Source: Podarcis cretensis (Eukaryota). Taken from it: 64,000 bases of DNA. Below are positions 1 through 13,016 of this stretch, piece after piece. The notes beneath the pieces were generated by a model, which saw only the letters and a list, made by a program, of their open reading frames with translations, had not been told where the DNA came from and did not search any database. Numbering within the stretch: the first letter of the stretch is position 1; each line of letters begins with the position of its first letter. Position numbers and translations under genes: made by a program. Where the stretch lies: assembly GCA_951804945.1 (NCBI GenBank), contig OX638150.1, forward strand, positions 73,222,001-73,286,000, written 5' to 3'.

Positions 1-357
1 TGTGCCAATTACTTAGGCAGAGAGCAAGAAAATCATCAATGGGAAGATGTTTGCTAGCTGGATATAAAGGACTAGGCATAAGCTTATATTTAACATTTGG
101 CATGAAATTCACCCTCCTCAGCAGAGATTACCATGTTTTCAGATGTATGTGCCTCTCATGACAACTTATAAATGCATTCACCAGTTTAGCCTGGCCTAGT
201 TATAGTTTGGAAAGGATATTACTGGTATTTAGATCAAACTGACCCCTTCAACCAATGTGGATAAGGGATACAAAGAACGGAAAAAAGAGGAGGGAAGCAC
301 ATAAACCCTAAAGAAAGCAGAATACAGAAGCTGATGCTCAAAAGTGGTCAGCTAATA

Positions 358-383
358 TGGGGCCTCCTTGTGGGGCCTCCTTG
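358..383. repeat. 13-bp perfect tandem duplication (TGGGGCCTCCTTG)x2
   Basis: Direct reading: 358-370 and 371-383 are identical. Confidence 0.9.
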
Positions 384-760
384 ACGGTTTTGTGCAAGCT
401 GCTTCACTTCTGAGAACAAATTTCTCTTTTTTGCATTATTTCTCTTATGGGAGACAACAGACTTGTTCATCAATGCAGGATGGACTTTATGTGGGTGATG
501 TTAGATTCTTTTTGGAGAGAGGGGAGAGGTGAAAATCAGTGACTTGGGAAACATGGAGACTAGAGGGGGGAAGCGGGCCAGCACCAAAATCCAAGAGTAG
601 CAAAGAAAGAGACTTGATGGGGGACTGCAGAATGATGTCTTCATGAAAGGGCAGGGAGCTCCATTCAGTAGAATGAGGAGGAACCCCAAACACTGCAATG
701 CTGGTTCAATACATTTTGAAGCACTGCATCTAAACACTCTTCTGCCTATAAAACCAGAGA

Positions 761-967
761 GCCAAATTCAACTAAATCCTTGTGTGAGCAGAACAACATT
801 GGCTTGTGCAATTAGACTTTCCCTATCTCCTTCCCCCTGCACTGTCCCTAAATTTGCTCTGAAGGATTGGGGGAAACCCCAGAACAAATTTAGGGGCACA
901 TAAGTGGAGGAGAGGGAGGGAAGTCCTTTTGTGCAAGTAGAAGCCACTCTACTCACACAAGGATTTA
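761..967. mobile_element. Palindromic (foldback) non-autonomous DNA element/MITE
   Basis: TAAATCCTTGTGTGAG (773-788) is the exact reverse complement of CTCACACAAGGATTTA (952-967). Inner CCCTAAATTTGCTCTG / CAGAACAAATTTAGGG is also inverted. Confidence 0.75.
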
Positions 968-2897
968 CATAGCACTACACTGAATACAACATGGAGTCTA
1001 AAATTACCCAATTTACAAGGCTGTCAGTGAGGATGATATGAATCAAGTGATAACACTGGCTAAACATAGATGCTTAAAATAAGTTTAGAAGCATACCTAG
1101 TTTCATTTTAATATGAGTTCTGATAATTACAAGTATGTGTTGAGGAGAAATTCAAGATCTCTAAATGAGGTGAGGCAGAGGGGCCAGACTTGCCTGATTT
1201 TGCACCATGCTCTCAATCCCTAATCTCTAAATGAGGGTTTGGTGTAAATGCATAGAAAAAAATTAAGCTGCAAGAGTCAATCTATCCCTACCAATGGAAT
1301 CATGGGTGGGCAGATCAACTTTGGTTTCAAATCCTCAGGGAAGGGCTGGATTAAAGCGAAAATTCAGTTCAGGAACCCAATTCATCATAGCAGCTCCAGT
1401 AATGAGAATCCCCTCCAGTAAACCATGCCTTCAGGGCTCCCTCATATCCCCATTTATACTCCTCATGGCTGTTTCCCATAAACTATTTTACCTCCAGGTT
1501 CAGACTCTCTGGATTTCCCTCCCTCTTGTTCCTCACCAAGAGTACCCTCTATCCCAGCCTTTGCCTCTGCTGTGGAAAAGGTCCTGTGCTACCTTCTGGG
1601 TAGTACCTACCCTTTATTCGTTTATGGTGGTTTACAGTATAAAATATTTACAAAACCGCTGTTGGGTGGGTGTGAGGAGGAGGGAATGCATTGGATAGTA
1701 GATGCTGCCATGCTGCACAGACCTGACCCCTCACACATTAGTAGACCATTGGGCAATGTTCAGTGGACCATTAAGGTTTACTGTTGAATGGGATTCTTCC
1801 AAGAACGTTCACCTAGGTGTGCCGTGATCTGTCCCTTAATGTTCTTAAGCAAGTGTATATACTAAGCACCACTTAACACAGTTAATATGTCTTTACTGTT
1901 AAGGGATCCTGAGTATGAACACTTACTTTGTTGATTTTGAGGACTCATTGATGGACTTGGGGGTATTCCAGAAGGGACGGGGGAGAGTAAACAATATAAA
2001 ACTTAAGCCAGCCAACCACAAATTTAATGTGCAGAAATATGCCTGGGGGCATTTCAGATGGAATTTTTCTATGCTGTGATCAATGGGTGAGTTCAATCTC
2101 ACTCAACAAGTGCACGATAATAAGAGGTAACAGAAGATAATTTTAAAGGAATGTATATGGAACAGCACTCTCAAATTGAGGGAAGGTTGCTTGTGGTGCA
2201 GTTAGAGTGAAGAAAAGGTGTCATTGTCAACATGTTTTATTTTCTTGGTTGGACATTTAAATATTAAGAAGGTTCTCCCATTCAAATCACACAATTTCAA
2301 AATGGCCTTGATTTTGTGACCCAGTTCTGGGCATTATGTTTTCCCTCACAGCACATTAAAAACCTGCAGTTTTTCAATTTGTTTCCATCTGTGAACCTTT
2401 CCATCTGTGGTTCATGGAGAAGGCATGCCAAAGACCCTTTCACATGGTGCAAACACTTCCTCTCTCCTAATCCTCAGCTTGACTTTAATATTTCTTGGTT
2501 GTATGGTACATGATAATCTTTTATTGACTGCCTCTGTGCCTTTGTGATGTGCTAATCCTTCAACAACTGAAAGTTGTGCAATGTTGTCAAGCTGTGAGAT
2601 CAGATCTAAAGGAACCTGGGTGGAAGGTAACTGCATTGTGCAGAAATGTCTGGAGACTTTGCAACTGACTGGGTTCTCATTGCTAAACTCCCCAGCATCT
2701 GTATCAGTATAGAATATATATGTTCATACATGCACATTCTGAAACCAAACCTCAGAAATAGTTAAATAATTTGCAGCAGGAGAAACTAAGACCTTTAATT
2801 ACTGGTATATTGGCTTTTCCTAGAATATTTGACACATAAGATTCTAGGAAACCTTTAGAATTCCTACTGCATCACTTCCTGTAGGCAATTTTTTAAA

Positions 2898-3153
2898 GAG
2901 AGCCAGTGTGGTGTAGTGGTTAAGAGCGGTAGTCTCGTAATCTGGGGAACCGGGTTCGTGTCTCCGCTCCTCCACATGCAGCTGCTGGGTGACCTTGGGC
3001 CAGTCACACTTCTGTGAAGTCTCTCAGCCCCACTCACCTCACAGAGTGTTTGTTGTGGGGGAGAAAGGAAAAGAAGAATGTTAGCCGCTTTGAGACTCCT
3101 GAAGGGGAGTGAAAGGCGGGATATCCAATCCAAACTCCTCTTCTTCTTCTTCT
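2898..3153 (+). mobile_element. Full-length tRNA-derived CORE-type SINE (Squam3, lacertid subtype)
   Basis: Head GAGAGCCAGTGTGGTGTAGTGGTTAAGAGC (A box) and GGTTCG-type B box; MIR/CORE-like GCTGGGTGACCTTGGGCCAGTCAC; (CTT)n tail; near-identical copy at 43472-43771. Confidence 0.9.
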
Positions 3154-3209
3154 AAAGCATTGCCTAGTTTAGGTCAGCTTAATATTTCACCTAGGATGTG
3201 TCTTTAAGC

Positions 3210-3331
3210 CAGGGGAAGGCAATATGGTGCTCTATAGATGTCTCCAGACAACAACACTCATCACCCCTGACCATTGGTTGTGTTGGCTGGGGCTGATGGG
3301 AATTGTAGTCTAAAACCTCTGGAAATCACCA
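3210..3331 (+). mobile_element. Degenerate, 3'-truncated hAT (Charlie-like) MITE related to the 136-bp family
   Basis: CAGGGGAAGGCAA start; core CTCATCACCCCTGACCATTGG...GATGGGAATTGTAGTC resembles the 26309 copy. Confidence 0.65.
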
Positions 3332-4659
3332 GCCTTGGGCCAGTTGGGATGTAACAGCTGATAGTGGCAAAAGCTTATGGAAATGAGAGCAAAATTACAA
3401 GTTGCTACCTACAGCATTTGCACTTGAGTTGGCAATTAACACAACATATTAGATTGTCTGGGAAGTAACATGAGATGAGAATATTTGCTGCAAAATGCAA
3501 AGGCAAAGTTACCCAGAAAGATTTTAAAGTTGTTGTCTTCCTGGTTTGTGAGGATTTAACTAACTGGCAGATAACATCCTTCCGCTAGTCTTTCCTGACT
3601 CCCTTTTGAAATTGACAGTGTTCTATTAAACTGTGGTAGATTGTGTTCTATGCTTTGGTGCTATCACACCATTCAAATTATACAATGCAGAGCAAGACCT
3701 TAATCTATCCCATGCTTGTAGCTTTTGGCACACACAGTATGTAGAACTTATTAAGCTCCTTGATAATAGATCTAGACTGCACTGTGCACAGTGTTCTCCA
3801 AATCACCTCTTTGTCAATCCCAGTTAAGCACAAGCAATGGTAAAATAAAGAGAAGCTGGTTCCCAAAATCTGGTGTGGGATTTATAGCATCAAATTTATA
3901 TATATCTATATATAAATCATGAATGGAAATATAGATGAGGCTTTCTTCATGGGGGTGGGGGAGTGGGCTATGAGGACCATGACACCCAAACATCACTAAG
4001 GTTTTGACATGGAAAGAAAACCAGCAGTGCTGCAATCAATCTCCTGTTTGATGACATAGTAGGATGGAGACTTCCATTCCTGATTAAAACCTCTAAGCAA
4101 ATTTTTGACGGCCTGGGCTTGATGAAGCCTTGCTGTCATGACACAATGCTACCTTAATGGGGAAGTCACACTTTCTGCCATATCAGATCACCCCTTTTCA
4201 CCTCCCATAATTCTGTGTCACGTGGTCTTTTTTTGCCCCTGGGGCCACAGCTCTGGTAACTGAAGCCCAGCTAATAAATGGAAATGAAAGAATATCTTTT
4301 GTACCTATTTAAACTGCAGCAAGTCAGGAGCCTCTGTGCTACTTTTAGCTTCCCTGCAGCACATTACCAACTCGCCTGCGTGGGGGGCTCACCTGTCATC
4401 ATGATGGAGCAGAATGACAAACTGCAACTTTGCTGCTAAGTGGGGGCATCTGCTTCTAATTACACAAGTGAATGCTGGAGCTCCACACTGAGAGGCAAAG
4501 GAACCCAGTGAGGCACAGGGGAGTCATTGCAAGCATCAGTGAGTAATAAAAAAAAGAGGAGCGCCTCTTCAGTAATAAATTATCCACCCCCTCCCCCAAC
4601 ACTGCTCACATAACGCTGCATACAGAAAGGCAGAGAGCCATGCACATAGCACTGTGGGA

Positions 4660-4854
4660 GGAATTCAGTGTAGTGTTGGGAGATTGCCCCACTGCTTCCC
4701 TAATGGGATGATCGCCCCTCTCCTCCCCCTGCATACTGTTCTGGGAAGTTCTCCTGACCCCCACCACCCAATTTGTGGAGGCTCAGGGGGTACATGATAG
4801 GATGAGAGGGCTAATGCAGGCCTTTGCTAGCAAGACTGGTTAGTTGAATCTGGT
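4660..4854. mobile_element. Degenerate MITE, probably the same family as 761-967
   Basis: Ends in TTAGTTGAATCTGG, close to the reverse complement of CCAAATTCAACTAA at 762; shares CTCC(T)TCCCCCTGCA. Confidence 0.45.
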
Positions 4855-5491
4855 TTTTTACTCCTTAACACAGCATCTTCTCTGTGTCCCACCTAATGTG
4901 GAGCCACAGTTGGATGGGAGCACAAGACAGGGCCATCCCACCACTTACCCAGACCTTGCCCTGTGAAGTGTAGTTGGCCACATTTATCACCTTTTTTTTG
5001 CCAGCAAGGTTTTGCCTTTTTATTTCTTCAGCCTTTTGTTTTACGAGGTTGATACTAAACAGCTCAAAACATTTACAAAAATCATAAAAACATTATTTTT
5101 ATGTGTTGTGGACCACACTGAATGGCGCAGTTTACACTAAAAAGCCAGGATATAAATGTTGGGTGGGTGGGTGGGAATCCTGCTTCTCACAAAACCATAT
5201 TACTATATCAGAACTGCCCCTGGTATCCTGGCATGAATTAATATATCAGCCTAGTTCGCATGACATGCTAAGCCACACATTGGCTTTGCAAGTCTGCACA
5301 AACATGTAAGCTCCCTAAGAGCCACGTTTCTCCTCCCTAGTCCTTTTTTGCTCTTGTGCTACAAAACTGAGTGAACGTTGGGTTGCTGTGACATCCAAAC
5401 TGGGACTCGCGGTTAAGCTCTCTCCTCACTTTGAGCTGTAACCCAGAGCATACTCCTATCAGCCCAAGCAAGTATGATGCAAGGTTATCAA

Positions 5492-5545
5492 TGATGGGAG
5501 TTGCAGCCCAACAACATCTTGAGGGAACCAGGTTGGGGAAGAATG
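5492..5545 (+). mobile_element. Right half of an old hAT MITE
   Basis: GATGGGAGTTGCAGCCCAACAACATCTTGAGGGAACCAGGTTGGGGAA resembles the right arm of the 136-bp MITE family; it is followed by CTCTAGAG. Confidence 0.6.
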
Positions 5546-5553
5546 CTCTAGAG

Positions 5554-6047
5554 AAGGGGTGGGGAACCTGTAGCTAGGGGACTTGATTAGTTCCACCAGG
5601 CCTGTCAATTTTTCTCACAAGGCCATCTTGGCCAAGCCACACCCACTTGCCAGTCACCTGACACCATATGTGATGTCAACTGTGGGCAGGTAAAAAGGGG
5701 CATCTGGAGTGCCACCAATTAGCTGACAGTGCTTCAGAGGCCCAGGTGTGATGCTTTTGGAGTCCTGCTGGTCAGAACTTCATCAGTTATGTGCATCTTG
5801 CTTTTGAAGCACCAGTGGTCAGCTGAGTGTTAGAATTTCAAATCCCTTTTGAAAGAGCCCTGCGTGATGTTTTGTAGTCCCATCAATCAGCTGATTTAGT
5901 TGGGGGTTCAAAGTGCTCGTCACCAGACATAATTGTGATGATGGGTCATTTACAAGTGGTTGGCTTCACCCACTAGTCAAATCTGGCCCATGAGGAGCTG
6001 GGAAAATCAAGATCTGGCTCACCACCTGGGTGAGTTCCCCAACCTTG
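5554..6047 (+). mobile_element. Non-autonomous hAT element (~490 bp)
   Basis: Termini AAGGGGTGGGGAACCT / AGTTCCCCAACCTTG; 8-bp TSD-like flanks CTCTAGAG (5546-5553) and CCCTAGAA (6048-6055); related left end at 42322. Confidence 0.7.
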
Positions 6048-7134
6048 CCCTAGAATAACCTGTCACATGGAGAAGGTTCCTATCGCTGAACCAGCCACAA
6101 GGAGTAGTGTAGCAACAGAACGTTTCTCTGAATGGTAATGCCTCACAACTGGCTTGCCAGGTGCTGGCAGCCATCAAAAGAAGTAGCCCTCACATTAGCC
6201 CAGCCATTCACACAAAAGAGACCTTAAAGTGCTGCTGCTGTCACTTTTCCATTATGCTTGGTAGGTCCAAGCCAGGTGGAGACCTGCTTCCTCAAATGGA
6301 ATATTTCCTATTTGAATAAGAATCAGTTGGCTGGGAGTTTTATCTGCTGCTTCAGTACAATAGACAAGCCAATACAAAAATGGGGGCTGGGAAAAGGAAG
6401 CCCTGCAATGGGTCTGGGTTGTTCGGCAGCCAATGAGACTCAAATTAGCATGGTGATTTTTTTTCTTCATTTTGTTTAAAACCTAAAGGGAAGAAGGGTG
6501 TGTGTGGAAATAAACTGATGTGGCACCTTCCAATTTCTGCTACTTAAAAATCCTAGTCATTAAGGCAAGTGTACTTATTAATTATCTGTGATTTGTTGTG
6601 AAATGCTGAGGGGTTTAAAACAACAAGGAAAGTAAAAATAAATTAATTTATATTCTCTCCAATTCCCGAGTCCCTTTCCATGCCTCCCCCAGCCCTGCAC
6701 AAAGCTTTGCCCCCTTTTTCCAAAGCTGAGTTTCCTCAGGTTCTCGGCCATCTGCACTTCATAATTAAAAGAATCCCCAGGGGACCCGTAACACAAACGA
6801 GCTAATTTCATGTTTAATGATCTTTAATCAGAAGTGAGTGTGACTAACAACAGTCATCCAGAAGGTGCTTTGTTGTTCATTTTATCTTCCATCATTCCCT
6901 CCAAAAACCCTAAATTCTGCTTTGACACGTGAGGGCCCAGCTCCTACAGAGGCACAGAATAAAGCCAGTAGCAAGGCAGCCACAAAATGAAGTGAAGATT
7001 AAAGAGATGAGCAATGCCAAGCAGGCTGAGAATATCCAAGAGCAGGCTGTGTAAAATACCACTCTCTTGCTGCTTCCAATGTGATTTCAGTTGACTGAAC
7101 GACTCTACAAAGCAGGGTTGCAAACTGAATTTCT

Positions 7135-7310
7135 GTGAACATGCCCTATTCCATCAAGACCATTGGTCTACACAGCCTAATTATAATATACTCTGATTGG
7201 AAGTTGATCTCCCTAGTCTCAGGTAGAGGTTGGCTCCCAGCTCTGCTACTTGTGGTCCTTTTGACTGGAAATGATTTTTGATCTCTGAATTGTATGCAAC
7301 CTTCAGGGGC
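7135..7310 (-). mobile_element. Highly degenerate squamate tRNA-SINE fragment with CR1-like tail
   Basis: AGACCATTGGTCTA...CTCTGATTGG...GTCTCAGGTAGAGG...CTCCCAGC resembles a common lizard SINE in reverse; recognition only. Confidence 0.4.
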
Positions 7311-8523
7311 TTTGCCATGTTCTTGCTACCTGAAATTGCAAAAGTGGAGGGTTGCTAAACACAAGACACAGCAAATTTGGGGGATGATTCTGGATCCATC
7401 TTTGATCGTGGATGCGTTGGTAGTAGGAAAGCAGTGTGTACTGCAATTTCCCCCCAGTAAAACTGCTGACCACTTTTCTCTGTTATGTTTTCCTGGAAAC
7501 AACCATTCAAATACACTGAATGGAAGAGGCAAAACCAAAACACTCTTAGGGCCACATGACATTAATTATATCATTTGGTGAGTGTGAGATTTTTGTACCA
7601 GGGGCGGCCAGCTTGGGCCCTCCAATCCAGATTAGGACCCTGGTGTAGGGGATATGTTTTTTAAAAATGAATTTGGCTTCGCACTTTTAATTCCCAAGGT
7701 GGACCCAATGCAGATTGGGCCCTCTGAACCTGAAATCTGCATGATTCAAAAGCTGCCGTTGGCTATTTATGCAAGAAAAATCCTACAGTCTAGGACAAAT
7801 GATGTGATTAATGTCACATGTAGTTTAGGCCCTATGTAAAACACAGAAAAAGAACATAATACATAATGAAAGAAATTTTAAAATAGTAACAAGCCAGGAT
7901 GCAATAGATACCAGTACAAAATATCGCTCCTTCCTCCCCCACCCCCAATGCTGCAGATGGGGGAAGTTGCCACAGGACAAGAAGATTTTTGTGCTTCTTC
8001 AGTGTGATATGATTAATAACATTTTAGTCCTGATTTGAAACCAGCACTCTGGGTTCCTGGTTCTGCAAGCACTGAGAATATCAGCAAACTACCACAGTGG
8101 TAGTGCAGCCTGTGAAAACAAGGCAGACTCTCACCCAAAGCCAGGAAATGCACCTTAACTACAAACTAATATCATCTCTATCCCTAGCCGCAGAGTTTCA
8201 TGGAAAAAGAGAATGGCCATCAAACAACTTGAAGGCCTGTAGTGAAGTCTGATTTGAACATACTCTCTCCAGAACAATCCCAGTGTTTAAAATTAGGAAG
8301 TAGAGGACCGTTCAGCCCCAGGAGATATGACAGAAGACTTACGTAGAGCTCTAATATGGCTGCTCTAATATTAGAAGTACATAATGAAAGAGATTTCCAT
8401 AATAAGTTCAGGAATAAGACCCTATTTTTAGTAAGGGGGGGGGAAGTATCCAACTGAGGAAGAAAGAAAGGAGAAAAGGTTTAATAGTAAATTGGTCCCC
8501 TCCATAAGTATCTATCCTGGTTG

Positions 8524-8525
<2 letters not shown>

Positions 8526-8565
<40 letters not shown>
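8526..8565. repeat. (GT)20 microsatellite
   Basis: Direct reading. Confidence 0.97.
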
Positions 8566-8569
<4 letters not shown>

Positions 8570-10220
8570 GCTTGGCAAGAATTGTGAGCATTGCCCTGTT
8601 AATGAAGGTCTCACAGAGGTGACTTGCACAGAGCATCAGCACAGAGGTGAGAAAACAAGAGTCTTTTGTCTTTGCTCCAGTGATGTCATGTTCAGCCAGT
8701 GTGGTGAGCGCTGTGGCCAAGCCCTGTGCATTGGCGTCTGTGCCAGTGACAGCAGGTGACTGCATGCTTGTGCCTATAGCAGAGTAATGAGGTGGGAGAA
8801 GAGCAAGCAGCGGTGCAAAGCCGAGCTCTCCTCTGCTAAATATCACTACCATCCATTTGCAGCTGGTTATCAGAGGACCTGGCAGACAGTGACACTCCCT
8901 GCCTGTTATCTCTCCGGCAGCAGTGGGATGCCCTTTGACACATTTCTCTTTCTATCCCCCCCTCCAGCCCGTCTCTAGATACATATAAACATCAGCACAA
9001 GGGATGGGAGCACAGATTAATAGACAGGACCGAAGGGAAGGAGGAAAGGCAGCTGAGGGAGTTTGTATTCCTTCCTTTCTTCTGCAATCCATTTCAGAGC
9101 TATAATGCTAACCACCAGGGAACATCCATTACCTCCTACTTTCTGGCTAAGTACTTGGTTTCCATAGAAATCCCTCCCTTTTTTCTTTTAAAAGAGCAAC
9201 GAATTAAAAGAAAGCAAGGGTAACATTGGCTATGCCTCCTGCCCGCTGCACCCTTCCAAGAGTAATCACCATCTACTGACATAGCACCACACAGGGTGTC
9301 CAGGAATGGCTATGGTTCCCTTGCTGCACAATCCCAGCTATGCTCAGTTGCCAAGAATCCTTGGAATTTGCTACCTACTGATGCACCATAAAGATGTCTG
9401 GGCGCAGCGCTTTCAAAAATGGATTTTACATTTCATGTGATAATCAGCACTGTAGTCCGCAGACATAGTTAAATGCTTAGAGGGGGTGGGGTGGGGGAGC
9501 TATAGTATCAAAAATTCAGCAGGAGCGAAACAACATTAAACTAAAGAAAAATGCCAGAGCTTAAAATGTTCATTTTTAAAACTTAAAAAATAAAACATTT
9601 TGACACGGCAAACTGAAATGCTTCATTTTGATTTTAGTTTCTGAGTCACAACACGTCTCTTTGACTGAGAGTTTGAAAGAACATGTCGATGTTAAGGAAA
9701 AAATGGCCTTTTCTAATTCAGTTTTAAAAGCATGTGGTTTCCAAAAAAAATTCAAAATGTATAAATTACTGAAGGCTTAATGAACATATGAGGTCCTGAG
9801 ATAAGATTACACATATAATTCAAGTATTGATGAAACCTTGCAGCTTTGTCATTTCCCATGTGAACCTGGCCCTGCATCTTTTGTATTTTACTTAGTTTCT
9901 AGCCATAGTTTGAAGGCAGTCAAAGTAAATAAAGTTAAATCTGTTGTCTTAAAATATCTCCCTGGTGACACATACATCAACCCATGTCTATTTTCCACAC
10001 ATATATACGAGGCACAAAGTATATCAAGGATCCTCTCACAATGCCCCCTACACGCCAGGAAGGATGATTTTCCTGTCTTCTTCCAACTTAGAGCCCCAGG
10101 GGAGGCCAGGTTAGTACAGGTTGCAGGTCACATCTCAAAACCTTGGCCTTTGACCCACCCTTCCATGCTATTCTGTAAATTTCTAAATTTACATAATATT
10201 GTATTTTTGGATTTCTGCAT

Positions 10221-10866
10221 TGTGCCCTGGGATCTTACAGTGAAGGGCAGGTAGGAAATCAAAATGATATCAGCAGCAGCAACAGGGTCAAGGCAAGGAA
10301 AGTACAGTAGTTGGGTTAAAGTCAGTGCTCCAAATTCTAACCTTGCAGAATTTACAATGCCAGGACTGACTAGGAAAACACACATGGAGAACGATTGCCA
10401 GCAGCAGGCTGAAGCCTTCTGAGGCCTTCTGAAGAATGAGGGCTCAGAGGATCACAGAGAGAAGAAATGCCATGATGCACCAGAGAAAACAGGAGAGGGC
10501 CAAGCTGAGAACACGAGGTGAGGGGAGGCTCAGAGAGATTTAACTCCACCTCCTCTTATGACCGAGGGCTGAAAGGGAAGTGAGCCCTGGGGGCAGTTGA
10601 AGAGAGCACAAGTAAACTGGTACACCTGCCAAAGATTTGGCTGAAGATATTTCAAGCAAGTGTTCTAAACCAAACTATACAGGAAAAGAGAAATGACTCC
10701 AGAATCCCTAGTCAATGCGGTTATTTTCAGACATTCAAAGTGAGCACATAAAATGTTTGCAAGCCCTGTCCCAAACACCCTGATTTCCATAGCTGACCTT
10801 TGTGTGTTGAGCACAAAGGGAGCTTCTAACTGTGTTAGAAGCCTCTGTAAGACCAGGAATCTCACA
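10221..10866. mobile_element. Probable old solo LTR (~650 bp)
   Basis: TG...CA ends with imperfect inverted termini TGTGCCCTGGGATCTTACAG / CTGTAAGACCAGGAATCTCACA; purine-rich interior typical of lizard LTRs; no clean TSD. Confidence 0.5.
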
Positions 10867-11059
10867 TTGTTAATAAAAATAACCACAGCCTCATTACTAT
10901 TTTCTTGCTACTTTTCTCCCCTCATCGTCTTCTTCCACTTGGCTTTCCCTTTTTGTTTCCATTTCAGCTGTTCGTAAGCAAACCCATCCAATTAATGTCC
11001 ATCTGTTGGTGTGTGTGTATTGCTCCCACTGTGACAAGAAAGGTGTGAGGACTGTGGTT

Positions 11060-11451
11060 AAATATGCAGTAAAGCAACCATCTGATAGTTGGAATCTCTC
11101 TCGCACACTCTGCCCGAGATGCTTGATAGTATGAGCTGCAGCCAGCCCCGCAGGGCCCACTGACTGCAGCCGGCCAACCAGCCAGCCATCCAAGATATCC
11201 TGGAAGCAGCAGCTGCTGCCATCAGCAGAACTAACGGAAGCAGTTGGACTTTGTGACCCTTGCTGGTTCCAGGGTGTCGGTGGTGAGAAATTGAAAGTGG
11301 ATACATCCTCTTTACAGAGGGAAATGGGGCCAGCAAGATTTTTAAGAATGAGACCTACTATGTTATAGGGGTTGTAGATATGAGAAGAGATGGATTACTC
11401 ACTGCAGTCTAAAAAGATTAATTGGCCTCCTGAGTGAAATGAAAGTCTCAG
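11060..11451 (+). other. Candidate first/5' exon ending ATG AAA GTC TCA G (MKVS, phase 1)
   Basis: Perfect donor CAG|GTAAGT at 11449-11457; ATG at 11439; upstream non-repetitive, CpG-retaining GC-rich tract. The start coordinate is approximate. Confidence 0.3.
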
Positions 11452-11837
11452 GTAAGTCCTTCTCCCTTATTCACATTTACAAGGCCAAAAGAAGTATGAG
11501 AGATGGGGCTAACTCTTAATGAGAAGATACTAAAGTGTGGTGGCTTTATAAGCATTACACAAAACTGTCTTATGCAGCTGTAGAGGGTTCATTGAAAGCT
11601 GGCAGTCAAATAAATGGCGCATGAGCTTTTAATTTCTTTGTCATATAAATTACGTTCTCATGAGCATTCATTGTCATCACAGAAGCTTAACCTATTATCT
11701 GGGGATGAAGGCTTGTAAGAGAAAGAAAGGTAATAGCCACTTTTGGACAAATATATGATACTAGTATTTTCACAGACCACATGTTGTAGTTTCTATCAAC
11801 AGGTAGCTGGTTTGGCCTGATGCACATTACAGTGGAC

Positions 11838-11972
11838 CAGGGCAATGGAGGACTAAGAAGCTACGTCCTTGGAATTGAATTTCTATCATTCCCAGCCTGC
11901 ATGGCAAATGGTCAGGGATGATGGAATTTGTGATCCAACAAACCTGGAGGGCCCCCATGTCTGCTATTCCTA
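11838..11972 (-). mobile_element. Degenerate hAT MITE (136-bp family)
   Basis: ATGGTCAGGGATGATGGAATTTGTGATCCAACAAACCTGGAGGGCC is the reverse orientation of the family core. Confidence 0.55.
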
Positions 11973-12612
11973 CCACAGGGTTCTGAATTACACCTGGTTC
12001 GTGCAAATTCACTGAATGGTTTCAGAGCCTTTTGAGGAAGAGCCATTAGCCACAGCCTGTACCAATGATACTTGCTGTGGGTGGTATGCAATGACGAGGC
12101 CATCTTTCCTCCCTATTTATTTCCTGTGTCTTTGACGTGCACACACACACCTCTCAAGCCACAGTAACTCTGATTCTACATTTCAATTTCTGCCCTGCCC
12201 TTCACGACAGACCCTAAAGTGCCAATAAGTGATTAATTAAAAATAAATTAGAGATCTCCCTGGAAACTGGAGTATGGCCCATCACCCCTTTCTGCTCAGG
12301 TGAGCCTCCTATTTCAGCCTGAACTGTGTGGAAGAGAGGCTGTGACTGAACCTGGCAGGATCTGGTGCTGGGAAGGAGACTTCTCAAGCAATTGGACTGA
12401 CCCATGTGGTGAGCAGATTTCCAATATTCTCTGCCTAGGAAAATGTTCCTGGAAAGAGGATCTGCTGATATGAAGCAGCCCAAAATGAAGGGAAGAGAAA
12501 GACAGTGGTAAAAACAACAACAACCCTCCAAGCAATGATATCCAGAGGAATTAGTGAAGTGTCACTCAGTAGGGGCAAGTTTATTGTTATAATCTGAATA
12601 ATGTCTTTTTAT

Positions 12613-13016
12613 AGCCAGTCTTCACATAATGCTAAGACAAAACATGGCTGAAGGAGCAAACATGCAGGTCCCTGGCTGCTTTTCTCCTCGCCAGTTATTC
12701 TATCGCTACACTGTACTGTTCTAAGCTATGGTTTGGCTTAGCATGTCACCCGGACTTGGGTTTAGCTCTCTTCAAACAAATCACAAGCTATAACTAAAGG
12801 TTTCCCTATGGTTTACTGCTCATGGCTTATCTGGGAGCGCTAAACTATGAACTTGGGTTTGGGCAACACACTAAGGCAAAGCACACCTTAGCTCAGTGCA
12901 ACACAACAGCAAAATTGCCAGGGAATCTGCCATCACTTGTCTGGGAGCTTGTGCATTTGCTTGTTCACACTAAGCCATGGTTTTGGTTAGGTTAGCTTTG
13001 TGTACAAACAGGGGCT
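12613..13016. mobile_element. Foldback/palindromic non-autonomous DNA element (~400 bp)
   Basis: Left AGCCAGTC..ACATAATGCTAAGACAAAACATGGCT..GCAAA mirrors right TTTGC..AGCCATGGTTTTGGTTAG..TTAGCTTTGTGT..GGGGCT. Inner CTAAGCTATGGTTTGGCTTAG / CTAAGGCAAAGCACACCTTAG is also mirrored. Similar motifs occur near 5250 and 47790-48215. Confidence 0.55.

Noticed and set aside
2898-2975. tRNA gene
   Set aside because: The A/B boxes belong to a SINE head followed by a CORE body and tail; there is no complete cloverleaf. The same applies to the 37049, 59259 and 56670-56742 heads.
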